Below, piece by piece: positions 13,200 through 25,581 of a stretch of 64,000 nt of DNA. Source of the DNA: Atractiella rhizophila (taxonomy: Eukaryota); assembly GCA_021432655.1 (NCBI GenBank), contig MU271214.1, positions 61,544 through 125,543 on the forward strand, read 5' to 3'. The notes beneath the pieces were generated by a model that worked only from the letters and a program-made list of their open reading frames with translations, had not been told where the DNA came from and searched no databases. The stretch's first letter is position 1. Every line of letters starts with the position of its first letter. Made by a program: the position numbers and the translations under genes.

Positions 13200-15899
13200 T
13201 ATCGTGGTCTTAACAGTCGAAGCCCCTCTCGTGTTCCTGCGCCGTTACCTCCACTCCCTCCGCCACTTCCACTAGTACTAGCAACACGTTCCTGATCGTC
13301 CTGGCCCCCTTTGAGTAGTCGAAGAAGCTCCAATATCCTTTTGTCGATGGAATTAAATTTCATAATCATAACTCCTACGTCGTACTCCTATTCTCTGTTG
13401 AGAAACTAGCTGGGAAATACAGACTACTCACTTGGTTTTGTAACATTTTCTTCCAGTGCTTCGCATTCCAATGGTTCTCTTTTGCCATTTTTTTGGCCTC
13501 AACTAGCTGTGCCATCATATCCTGCTTGTTGAGCAATGGTCTAAGTTTCTCAACATCCTCCCTCAGTGACACAACTTCCTCTGGAAGCAGAGCATCCGAG
13601 TTCTCTTCGTTCTTCTTAGACTTTCCTCTCCTCTTCTCGTTTGCACCAATCCCATTCACCTGTCCCACCTGACCCAGCTTGAGTGGCATGGGCCAGATGT
13701 CTGATGGTGGTGCAATATGTCCAGGTGATGGACCTTCGCTACAGGGGGGAGGTAGGAAGTGAGAGATCTTGCTGCATGGCAACATAGGAGCGATACCGCC
13801 TTGCAGAGGTGGAGGAGGAAGATGATCGTCGGTAGGAGGAGGAATAGGAACGTCATGACCCTGTTGCCACGTTAGAATGAAAGCATCGCCTTGTTCAGGA
13901 GGAGGCACAACATTGTTGATTCACAGAGAAGGTGGAGGGAGGTAATGAAGAGTAGAACGGAGTGGGCACTGTGGAAATCGATGTTTTTCGGCTTTGAGGT
14001 TTTTCTCCTTTGACGTGGTAGACACAGGATCTGTATGCTGCTGTGACCTTTCTAACAATGCTTTCAAATACTCACCTGCCACCATAATGTTCTTAAAATC
14101 TTTGGCTGAACGCACGTCCTAATCCAGCATGACAACCCTGTTGAAAGGAAAAAGCGAGACTCATAGAAATGGCATTGCTACCACCGCCCTCCAGCCAAGC
14201 CTCAGCCAGACTCTCAGCCAGCCTAAAGTTGAGAAGCAACGATGTCACATCCATCGAATCCGGATATGCCTCCTTCCATCGCTTGCACAATCGTTGTGCA
14301 ATCTTCGCACCCCTCACTACAGCTTGAAGCAGCTCCCCAATCGCTTCCCGTGAACCCACATTCTTCCACTTCCTCAAGCAGAACAGTGTCTCCTCACCGA
14401 GGCTGTTATCGCCCAGCATATCCCCTCGAGGATTGTTTCGTAAGTCTTCAGAGGTATAATCGTCCTCGTCTGCATCGATTGCGAGGTTGATATCACATTC
14501 CGACGACATTATGGTGATGAGAAGACGTTTTGTTGCGGATTGTGCAAGCATTTCGCTGTCGATAGCACGAGAATGGGCGTGGCAGAGAGGTAGGATGCCA
14601 TCTTCAATAAATGCGGCCAGTGCTTTGAGGTTGATGAGACAATTATTGTCAGCAACCATTTCCTTGAGCTCATCTATTGTCCTGTTAGTTTCAAATAGCA
14701 GAGAATGGCATGTCAAACAAAATACAGACCAATTGATCCCTTAATGGTGTCAGGCATAGAGCTGGAGTTATTCTGCCTCTTGAGCAACTTGTTCTGGCTG
14801 GCCCTGATCCCATGAAGTGGGTCATTCGGGAGTTTCGCCTATATGCTGAGCAATTAGTATCTAGTCATTTAGAAGGCCAGAAATGCACCATTGGTCTATC
14901 ATTCTTCCTCTTCATAGTCCTCTCCACCACTCTCACTGACGTAGCAATGGAGCCACAGCCTTCAAGCCCTGATCCTCTTTGGCCCAATTTGGTCCAAGGA
15001 GAGAGATGCTCACCATGCTCTGCATTCACACTCTCCACCCTATTTCTCTTCTCCGTCGGCATGACAGATCTGTTGATACTGGCCTTCCTTTTTATTCCCC
15101 TCTTAACAATCTGGCCTCCATCCTCATCACGCTCGCCATCACATTTATAGGCACTCCCTCTTGTATTCCTTAGCACTACGGTAACGAAGATACGTGACAT
15201 CCTGTTGTTCTTCCCAAGGCAAAGAACTGAGCTGTAATCTGCCTCGAGTTTGCGCAGGATGTTCGGAAGATGGACGGTTTTGCAGAGGCCCGTCTGGTTC
15301 TTGATCGACTTCGTAGTGTCCAGGTAGGTTTTTGAGTAGAGGGTGGCATCGTTTTGGATGACATCAGCAACCACACTGGACAACTGAGTTGCTCCAATAA
15401 CGCTATCATCAACTTCATCGAAGACAAGCTGATTTAGCACCTGGACGGGATCAAGGAGGTTGTTCTGTACGCCACTTCTCATTGAGGCGGCTGCTTGTGT
15501 ACGTTCCCAAACGATCCCAGGGTCTTCAGCATCTTCTTTGCTGATAATTGGACGGTATGGTTTCACTGGCCATTTGATCCAATCTTCTCTGGAAGATTCA
15601 GAGCCTGTTTCAGGGGCCAGGGCCTTCGCTACCATACCTCCCACACGCTGTTTCGACGTTGAATCCACCGGGGGAAGAACCTTTTTCACCTTCTCAAGCT
15701 CCAACCTCAATCGATCCACCTCTTCATCCTTCTCCATGTAAAACTTCTTCCACTTATCTTTGTCCATCCGCTCTTTCTCCAAAGAACTCTCTAGCTCAAA
15801 CACCTTTGATTCCAGTCCCTGCACATAAGGATTTGATGAAAAATCGCGCCGAGTAGCAATTTGGATGTGGATGGGAAAGGATGGGTCCTCTCGCGACAT
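13200..15899 (-). CDS. Unknown multi-exon coiled-coil/proline-rich ORF(s), probably accessory gene(s) of the adjacent CACTA-type element
   Basis: Long same-strand ORFs 14865-15899, 14093-14716 and 13375-13908 with coiled-coil-like stretches (LESKVFELESSLEKERMDK). Divergent from the transposase relic. No family recognised. Confidence 0.4.
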
Positions 15900-16298
15900 T
15901 TCCTGTTAGTTGTGGGAGGAGGCTGAGGGTTATTGCGGGGAATGAGAAGTATGGATGGCTGTAGGCAAGAGGGCAGAGTTGTAAGAGTTGTCGTCATCGA
16001 AGATACCGGACATGTTTGCGTGTTTGAACTTAGCACAGGCATAGGGTACCTGCCTAAGAACATGTATCCACATTAGAATTCTCTCTTTGAATATTTCCGG
16101 CTAGACACTCACCTTATCCATGCTCCTACACCTGCTGTTACAATGATTTCTTCGTGAATCTGATCATCCTAAGCCATCTTGCTATGAGATCCAATTCTTC
16201 CCGCTCTATCTCAGCATACCATCAAGTTCCTACTCTAGGCACCACAAATCCTACCAGCACCAGAGCTTTTTCGTCACCATATCCTCCCATCTGATCCC

Positions 16299-19200
16299 GT
16301 GCCAGAAAGAAGAAAGAAGAGGAGGAAGGGGTGCATGCTGCAACACGTGCTGCTCTACGTGTCGATGCCATCTCGACTTCAGGCATCTCCTTCTCCTTCA
16401 AGAAAAGCACATGACGCAATCCCCTACGTCCTCGAAGTGTTTCCTACACCTCTAAGGTCCACATCAAGCTCCAACAACCTAATCGCACATTGCTAGTATC
16501 TGATTTTCAGCCTTATCAGCTAAACGCAACCAACATTTCTCCTTTTGAGAATGATGTTGATCAAGGATGTGCTCCACAAGAAGAAGGTGATACTGAGATG
16601 AGAGAGATGATGGAGATGGGTATAGAGAGCTGAGGGAAGATGATATAGAGCCTCTTATGGTGAGTCCTGAGGAAGAGGAGGAGGCGTACTACAATCCAAA
16701 TCCTGACAATGCTGCTCATCCTGCTGGAGCTGGAAAGCTCACATATGCCACACCACTATTGTGAGTAATCTAATAGCAGAAAGGAGATGCGCTGATATTT
16801 GTACATTGAATTACAGCGAGGTTCGCGATATCCTCATGCCACTCTTCGATGATGGTTCCAATGACCTTCCAACTCTTCCTCCAACTTATCACGATGAAGT
16901 CCTCAAGCTTACTGACAAACAACAGCTTATGCTGGACGAATTCCGAGTCTGGCACCGAGGCAATGAGAAGGAAGCAAGTTATGAAGGTCACTATCAGAGT
17001 TGGACTTTGCGCGGGGTCATGACATGCATACCCTTCCAGAGGCGAAGAAGATGCTTGCTGAGCTCAGTAGGCTGGATGGAGAATGGTTGCCAATGTGTAG
17101 AGCTTCATGCAGCACCTATGTGGGGAAGTATGAGGGGTTAGAGTGGTAATTCTTTCAGATGAATGACATGACATGAAGAGCTTACACAACGTGCAGGTGC
17201 CCTCATTCTCGGAAGATCAATGGACTGGTGGTACCCTGCAATAGACCACACTATTCTCTTTCCTTTGGGTGCTCTGGGATCCCAGGAAATGCATCCGCAG
17301 AAAAAAGAAATACCGAAAAGAGCTTTCTCTTCTGCAACCCAATCCATCGAATCAAGGCTATGTTCCGGGCACCACAAACAGCCAGGATGATGGGAGATTT
17401 TGGGAGGAAGCTGGGAGAGGCTCTGGCAAAAGCAGAGTATCTCATCGACAAGCTGAAGAGGGGCTACACGTACAATGACTTCCATCACGGTACTGCAGTC
17501 TAAGCGCTGGCTGAGGATGACATTGACTTCTTGGAGGATGAACGAGAATGTGTCTTCATCACATCAACAGACGATGCAGCCATCCATGCTACTCGCGACT
17601 CTAATATGTGGTTTGTCATTCTCTCGTTCCTTGGCTTCGACATGCACATCAGAGCAAAGCGCTGTCATACCTTCTTTACACTGGGCGTCCCCAGTCCCAA
17701 CAATGCAGTCGACATTCAATCATTCTTTCTCCCATTCTATAAAACGATGGTGAAGTTGAGTGGAGGGTTATGGATGTGGGACGCATCTTCTCAGAAGTGG
17801 TTTGTTTGGAAAGGTTGGCTTATCAACAAGTTGGGTAAGTTATCTTACGCTTTCTTTTCGGTACTCTAATGTTGGCACAGGTGACATGCTTGGTTCCGCG
17901 AAGGCCAACGGCTGCACAGGCCATCAGGGGAAGTGCGGTTGTCGTTTTTGCAAGCTTATCGGTCAACTCCTAGGTTAGCATTACTACTATCCATGTATAT
18001 CACTTCCCCAAGACAACAGTACTCTCCCCAGCTATCGTCCGGCCACATATGACCCGCTCAATCTTCCAATTGACACCACGACCGAGTACACTCAAACAGC
18101 AAAGGATCTTGCACTCGCAATAACGCAAAAAGCACGAGCAGAGATGGCACGAGACAGTGGTGTCATTTCCATCACGCCAGCTTCTGGATTCAAGACTTTC
18201 CATGATCCATGGACATTTTTTGCTGGGGATCTTGCTCACCTCCACTGGAAGAATGACGCTGAACTCATTTTCGACTCAACCATGGGGATCAACAAGCAGG
18301 GATCTCTTCCTGAGCCGTGTCACCGGACACTGCAGGTACGAGAGGAGTTCGGACACATGGTTGAGCGCTCGAAGGTAGATATTCCGTACGACTTCTCTCA
18401 AGCAGGTCCATGGAACACCAACCGATTCCGAAACAGCCAGTATAAGATGCACGAGTGGTGGGAGGTTTTCGATTGGCTCCTGAGTCCCTGCCTATTCCTT
18501 CTAGGATTCCCTTTAGATATCATTCACCTTCTTGATTTGTTTATCTGCGGCTGCTGACTGGCTTGGCAACATGAAATTAGCGAGCAGGAGCAGCTGGAGA
18601 TTAAGCAACTTTTTGCATCTTTCATCTTTCGTTACAGGCTGGGAGAGACTATACGTTCACGGTGATTCCACCTGCCTTAGTCGTATGCCTATGTGCATCC
18701 ACCACCTCTTGCACATTGCCGACTGGATCCTCTGGTGGGGGCCTGGGATCCTCTACTCGCAGTTCCCAATGGAGGGAATGATTGGATTCCTCAAGAAACA
18801 AATCAATCAGGACAACAGGTATCAAGAGAACCTGCTTAACCAAGCCCTGCTGTTGGAGCAAATGAACAGTATCTACCATAAGCCCCGTCCCATCTCTTAT
18901 AGGTGTTNNNNNNNNNNNNNNNNNNNNNNNNNNNNNNNNNNNNNNNNNNNNNNNNNNNNNNNNNNNNNNNNNNNNNNNNNNNNNNNNNNNNNNNNNNNNN
19001 NNNNNNNNNNNNNNNNNNNNNNNNNNNNNNNNNNNNNNNNNNNNNNNNNNNNNNNNNNNNNNNNNNNNNNNNNNNNNNNNNNNNNNNNNNNNNNNNNNNN
19101 NNNNNNNNNNNNNNNNNNNNNNNNNNNNNNNNNNNNNNNNNNNNNNNNNNNNNNNNNNNNNNNNNNNNNNNNNNNNNNNNNNNNNNNNNNNNNNNNNNNN

Positions 19201-19714
19201 NNNNNNNNNNNNNNNNNNNNNNNNNNNNNNNNNNNNNNNNNNNNNNNNNNNNNNGAAGCACGAAAGGCATGCAGGTATGAGGTAAGTGTTAGCTCAATGT
19301 GTCTGGCTATCCTTTCTGATTGAACAGGGAATCGATGATGCAGGAGATATTTTCTATGGTGAGGCAGTGGTCTACATATGGGTTCCAGAGACTTTCTTCG
19401 ACCCCGAAGCAAATCCAGCCAACGACAAACTCTCCGTACTCACTCAGCTTTTCAGCAAATGCTGTAGCCTTTTCAGGAGCGAAATACTCTGCCAGTGGAC
19501 CGACGAATTCCGACTTGTACCCCTCGATCTCATGAAGCGCTCGATCGGGGTTATTCAAGCAGAAGACGGCGAGGGCGGAACCTTTGTCTGGGTTCTTCAC
19601 TGTCACCACTCTGATGCGCCTATCAGCCCAGTCCCTGACCCTGAGGCAGAAAATGCTCTTATTGAAGGAGATGCCAGCCAGAGTGACGAGATGTATCTCC
19701 CAGACCCTGTTTAG
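16299..19714 (+). pseudogene. CACTA/Tnp2-type transposase, frameshifted, spans assembly gap
   Basis: PMCRASCSTYVGKY, NPIHRIKAMFR, YNDFHHG, GDMLGSAKANGCTGHQGKCGCRFC and HHLLHIADWILWWGP...SQFPMEGMIG motifs spread across broken frames. Confidence 0.75.
18908..19254. other. Assembly gap (run of N)
   Basis: Continuous N from 18908 to 19254. Confidence 1.
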
Positions 19715-20355
19715 CACTACAGATGCTATGTTGATGCCTTTTTTGCAGAGGGCGCTTTGCCACGGTATAGTCTTCTAGAAATTTAAACTTATTACTCCAG
19801 TTCACTATTTCAATTCCTAACTTGGATTTTGATTGTTGGAAATATGTGATATATTCTAACAGAGATTCTGGAAGCTAGTTTACATATATTGTGCACAGAG
19901 CAGTCGAAAATTTGTACCTTCCCTCAGTATAATCAACCCTCCATATGTGATTTTGTCCTTTACCATTTCCTCCCATGATAAGTGCTTTGAGATTAAGTGG
20001 CGCCTCGAGCCTATGCGTTAAGTGTCCCCTATGTGCTTGTCAATATTTCAATGGCCCTCACGCAGCTTCATGCACACTTCGCTCAAGCAAATTGAAAACA
20101 CAACACCAGACTGCTCTAATACACCAGACTAACCAAGCACCAAATACACTAACACCTCCCTACCCCAGCGCTAACTCGGCCCTGCAGTATGTCAATGAGG
20201 GCTTCCAAGCACCAGGCTCTTGAACTGTTGAATGCTCTGGAATTTGAACTCTTCCTCCTTGGCACTGTTCAGAAATGGTTTAATGGTCACAATGACGGCT
20301 GAAGTAAACTCCTTCGATTTACAGAATCGACATCCTATTTAGTTCTGGAGATGTA

Positions 20356-20471
20356 TGTTGGAGGTATCCAGTGTGGTAAGATCACCGCACACAGGTGTAC
20401 GTACGAACGGTCAATGACCTGCTCTCCCCTAGGTGCTTACCACCAGGGATGAGCAGATCCACATGGTAGCG
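20356..20471 (+). repeat. Short 5' LTR (~108 bp) and tRNA-iMet-type primer binding site of the Copia element
   Basis: TGTTGGA (20356)...TCCACA (20463) immediately followed by TGGTAGCG (20464-20471), matching the first 8 nt of the Ty1 PBS TGGTAGCGCC. Gag ORF begins ~50 nt later. Confidence 0.6.
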
Positions 20472-23400
20472 AGAGCAGGTTGGGGAAAAATTTTCGAAAA
20501 CACTGTTGAATGACCGTTGACAAGTTAATATCTCTGCCCCCATCGCTGGCTCCAACCCCTTTTCCTGAGCAGGAAACCAAATCAAACGCATCCAGTGAGA
20601 CCCTGGATCTCATCTTGGACCACGTGAAAGAGAAGGCGGCGACCGCGACAATGGCGCAAAACTTGATGAGTCTTTGGAGTGGTAGAAAGCTGGAGGCACG
20701 GAACCGGAAATCTTGGTATGAAGAGTTTATTCGCTTGGCGGTTGGGAGTGGTTTTGGGGAGGTTGTTCTTGAGGAAGGGAGTGGAGGTACACCTAAACCA
20801 GAACTTCCTACTTTCGCGATCGGCGGTTTGAAGGAGAATGCAACCTCGTTTACCTCTAAGATGACCACCTATCAGAAATGGATCTCAAATGATGCGGCAG
20901 CCAATACTATCCGGAAGGCTCTCGTGATGGAGAGTGATTGAGATTCGATGGCGAAACTTGGGACATGTCGTGAGAGGATCAATGTCCTGAAGACGCAATA
21001 TGGGGCTCCACAGAAGCAATCGGAAATATTCGACCTCCTCAATTTCGTCAATATGAGGCAAGTTGCGGGAGAAGACCAGAAGGAATGGTGAATAAGTGGC
21101 GAACCAAGAAACGAGCTATTAGCGATGCTAGGTCCGAAGACAAAGTCCCGAATTCATTCTTCCTTGACCTCCTGAAGGCTCAATCAATCCCGCCATGGAC
21201 GGGGTTGATGGAGAAGGTAGAGAATGATCCGAAATGGGCGAGGGATTACACCAGTCCAACGTTAAGGGATAAGAAGTTTGAGTCCATGTTAGACGAAATC
21301 CTGGATTTCTGTATCAAGCAGTGGGACATGGACTTAAAGAGGATCGAGATGGGACAACCTCCTACCAACGGGACATACCTCGATTATCCGACTCACGAAT
21401 CCTCCAGCGCATATTCCGTCCAGAGCCCACGGACACCTACTGCTAACAGGACGCATAACTTCTTTCCAGGCACGCCGACAAGGAGAGGTTCAACGACAAT
21501 GACGCCACCTCAATGTGTATTCCGTCCGAAGTCACAGCAGCTTATGCCCACACTAAGACCATACCGAAACGTTCCCCTATCGTCCGAGAGGATGATATAT
21601 GCGCTACCTCTGAGGAATGGAGGAAATCCAACACGTGTTGATCAATTGCAAGAGATTCCTGGAAGAGTTTGGAATGGTGGATTTACAGCTGGCGGAAAGC
21701 TGATGTTGAGTGGGAGATGTCATGTCTGTTTTCAGGAGGGCATCGTGGAGAAACATGTAGACTGAAGGGGGCGGATGTCAACACCCGAATGAGAGCAAGA
21801 GCGGCAGAAGTAGGGAGATACTATACGGGTATCACTCAATGGAACGTCAGTGGCCTGGCTGTCTCTCGATTGAATACGACGGCGGCCGATGACGGAACAA
21901 AGAACATTGTGGGAGCCGTTAACATGCACATCGATGACGGGAGAGCTAATGGAACTGGAGATGGATCAGTCGTGTTCGGACCTAACGACCTTGCTTGGGT
22001 TCCTGCCTATGTACAGGAGGCGTTTGAACAGCGGGGACGACACCTTCCGGACAATCCTGCTGCATTATCCACCTTCCCGATCTATGTCCCTGGTTATAGC
22101 AAAGACAATCCTCTCCCTCCCGAACATCCGGTCTTCAACCAAGAATGCAGATATTCGTCTGAAGGAATAGAATATGAAGAATATGACAGAGATGTTATGG
22201 GAGGCGCTCTTGGGGTACAGAACTGGGAGATGCCTTCGGGAATGGATGGGGTGTGATGCGTATGGAACGGAGCATTTGCTGGGAAGGCAAGAGATGATGG
22301 ACCCATTCTGGATTTGAAGTTCCGAGTAATCGATTGGCATGAGGGCATTCTTCCACCGCGAACTGCGCTGGCAACATTGAAGATGATACATGACACGGGT
22401 GCCACATATCACATGGTTTCCTCCTTCAACTTACTTCACAATGTTCAAGAAATAGAAATAGAGGAACCGGTCGTCCTGCGAGGAGTCTTTGATAGTTCGG
22501 GTACCACGAAGATTGTTGGAGAAATCCATGCAGTCATGGAGAACATGGATGGAACTAGGTTCATTGTCGTCTTCGAAGATGTCCTCTATCTACCACAACT
22601 GGGGATCAATCTTATCTCTGCCATGCAGCTTATACGGAATGGGATGTGATTCACGAACAACCGCGAAACGATATACTATGGGATCGACGATGGGAGATCG
22701 ATAGGATTTGCGGTTATTGGGGAAAAGAACGTCACCGTAAAGGCAAGTTACATCCCATCTCACACAACGTTCGACGCTCATGTCTGCTTTTCGTCTACGT
22801 CCTCGATTGCGAAATCAGTTGAATTGCATACCCTGCATGAACGACTGGGACATCTGAGTTTTGGAAAGATAAAGGATATGTTGCAAAAGGGGAAACTTGG
22901 AAATGTGACGTTAACGAGATCGAAATCAAATGAAGGGATTCCAAAGTGCTTGACGTGTGCGATGTCTAAGTCGACTACAAAGACGAACAGGCCGAAGCAG
23001 ATGTCGGAGAGCGTTCTGGGATCAGCCGATTTGAACCGGAACATGGAGTTAAAATTAAGAAGATACGAACCGATAGGGAAGCAGAGTACATGGGAATGAC
23101 TCTGGCGACCTTTACGAGGACAGGACAGAAGGAATTCAGCATGAGACATCGATTGCCTATAAACACAACCGTATGGGCATGATGGAGCGTCCGTGGTTGA
23201 CATTGCTGAACATGACCAGAGCGTTATTACTACAGAGCGGTTTTCCTGTCAGTTTCTGGGGGGACGATATGGCAACATCAGTTTATCTATACTTGAGGGT
23301 ACCACATAAGGCACTCACGGATGCCAGGAGCCCATACGAGGCGTTATACGGAAATTTACCGTCCATGGATCACCTTGTTGCTTTTGGGACATTGGGGGTT

Positions 23401-24749
23401 GCTACCATCCCAAAGGAGCGTCAAGAATCGAAGCTTCAACCTAGGGGAAGGGAAGGATACATGCTGGGATATTGTGAAGACGCGGCAGGATGGAGATTGT
23501 GGGATGCAGAGAAGAGGGTAGTATTTGAATCGGCTGATGTCGAATGGTTCGAAGGGGTCTTCTATCGAGAAAGGAAGGGAACGAGACGTGAGGAGGCTAG
23601 AGCGGCTTTAGAGGCTGGGATAGAAGAATTCTGGGGGAGGAATTGGGGTGTCCATGATTTCGTGCACGGTATGGGGGCCTTCCGGAAGACCAGACTGAGG
23701 TAGCACCTGTGGGGGACAGAATACGTGAGGAACTCGACGATACGGCGGGGGATATGGGACGCGCAACCACACCTAGACCAGATGTTCGCCGATCATCTAG
23801 GAAGACCCTGCGACGAGATTATAAGAAGATGAACTCGGGTATACAGGACTTACCAAGTGCATATGTCGTCCTGAGGCCTGGGATCAGAGAACAGGAGTCG
23901 AAGAAAGTGCGGGAGGCAAGGACGGTCGTTGAAAATCTGGTCCAGGCATCAGCGATTTTTGATGAGGCACAAACAGACGGGAATGTTGGAGGTGGGGCAT
24001 TCGCGGTGGACGGAAATTGGGACGGGAATGACGATACACCTACGTTTTCGAAGGCAATGATGGGCGAAGAAAGGGAGGGGTGGACTGGAGCATGCGGAGG
24101 GGAGTGGGGACAAATCACAGGGATGGGGGTTTTGGGTCCGCTACAGCCGAAACCGGACAGAGTCGTTCCTATTCCACTGAAGTGGGTGTTAAGCAAGAAG
24201 AGGAAGTTGGGGGGCGAATTTCTGAAATATAAGGCGCGACTAGTTGCCCTTGGAAATAAGCAGGTGGAGGGTCGAGATTTTACGGAAACCTACGCTCCGA
24301 CGGTACGCATGTCCACCATCAGAGTTGTCCTTGCGCTTGCCGCCATAAACGGATGGACCCTGGGACAGTTCGACGTTGGAAATGCATTCTTACATGGAGA
24401 ATTAGAGGAAGAGATATATGTCCAGCAGCCACCGGGCCTTGTTGATCCCAAACATCCTGACTGGGTTTACCGAGTAAAGAAGAGTCTCTACGGGTTGCGA
24501 CAAGTGGGGAAGAGTTGGAATGAAGAATACAGCACGATGATGAAGGAGGAGGGATTCGTGAAATCACAGGCTGATCACGGAATGTACGTTAGACAGGATC
24601 ATAGGGGACTGGTAATAGTGCTCTTACACGTGGATGATGGACTCGTTGCATCGACGTCGACGGATTTGCGAGACAGCTTGATGAATAAAATGGTGGTGGT
24701 CTTCAAGAGAGTTACACACGGCGAAGTGGGAGAGTACCTTGGGATGCAG
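20356..24749 (+). mobile_element. Ty1/Copia LTR retrotransposon, degenerate, 3' truncated within RT
   Basis: Copia domain order: gag with frameshifted CHVCFQEG/HRGETC knuckle, protease IHDTGATYHM, LHERLGHLS..CLTC, partly deleted integrase (LLNMTRALL..FWG), then RT KARLVALGNKQVEGRDFTETYAP...KSLYGLRQ...LHVDDGL. Several in-frame stops. No RNase H or 3' LTR. Confidence 0.92.
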
Positions 24750-24774
24750 GATCCTATTTCTTTCAGAGACAGGG

Positions 24775-25128
24775 TGTTAGGACAAACAAACACTATGTGC
24801 GGTCGCCGATGGGTGATGCGTCTGTAGTGGAGATAAACCTAAGAGCATGATATGATATGAAGACTAACCTGTAGTGGAGATAAACCTAAGAGAATACTCT
24901 AAGGTCACCTCCACTACTCTCTGATTCATATATACAAGCGGAATAACACTGCCACAGAGCGTAGAGGGGAGCAGATGAAACATGTAAGAGGAATAAAAGG
25001 GGAAGTGACAGTGGGATTACACGGAGTTAATAAGAGGAGGATAGGCACAATTGGGCTAAGTGGTGATGTAGGTGCAAATGGGCGAACGAGCGAACAGGCG
25101 CCGATTTGCGTAAGATGCAAACCTGACA
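24775..25128. repeat. Solo LTR (family A), 354 bp, 5-bp TSD CAGGG
   Basis: TGTTAGG...CCTGACA termini; CAGGG at 24770-24774 and 25129-25133. Homologous in inverted orientation to 56427-56787. Confidence 0.88.
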
Positions 25129-25144
25129 CAGGGTTCCACCCTGG

Positions 25145-25581
25145 TGTCAGGCTTGCTCCAGCACATTACGGAAGTGCAACAGCTTGGGTCACATGACCTA
25201 CTTCCTTACCTCACAACTTTATGCCTTTACCCATCACCACTTTGCGCCTGCCTGCTCTCACCGCTGCTTTACGGTCTTTACGTATAGGTCGCCGCTTGGT
25301 AAATCCTGATCAGTTAGCCGGTCTGCACCCCTCCATTTTCGTCTTGATTTCCTTTTGTATCGCTTTCCTTCTTATATCTTCCAGTTATTTCCCTTGTTAT
25401 CTTTCCAATTTAGTTATTCTATATGTTTCATGAGACATACTTTACAATTCAAGGTGGTGCCCCTTACACACATATATATGTATTGAGATGTAGTGGCGAT
25501 GACCTTAGAGTATTCTCTTAGGTTTATGTCCACTCCAGATACATCACTAGTCAGTGACCATACATAGTGTCTGCTCTGACA
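25145..25581. repeat. Solo LTR (family B), 437 bp, 5-bp TSD CCTGG
   Basis: TGTCAG...CTGACA termini; CCTGG at 25140-25144 and 25582-25586. Shares the GACCTTAGAGTATTCTCTTAGGTTTAT block with family A. Confidence 0.85.

Noticed and set aside
18836..19412. ORFs made of X residues
   Set aside because: Artefacts of translating the N gap.
24775..25128. 3' LTR of the Copia element
   Set aside because: Does not match the 5' LTR at 20356, has its own TSD, and RNase H and the polypurine tract are missing before it.
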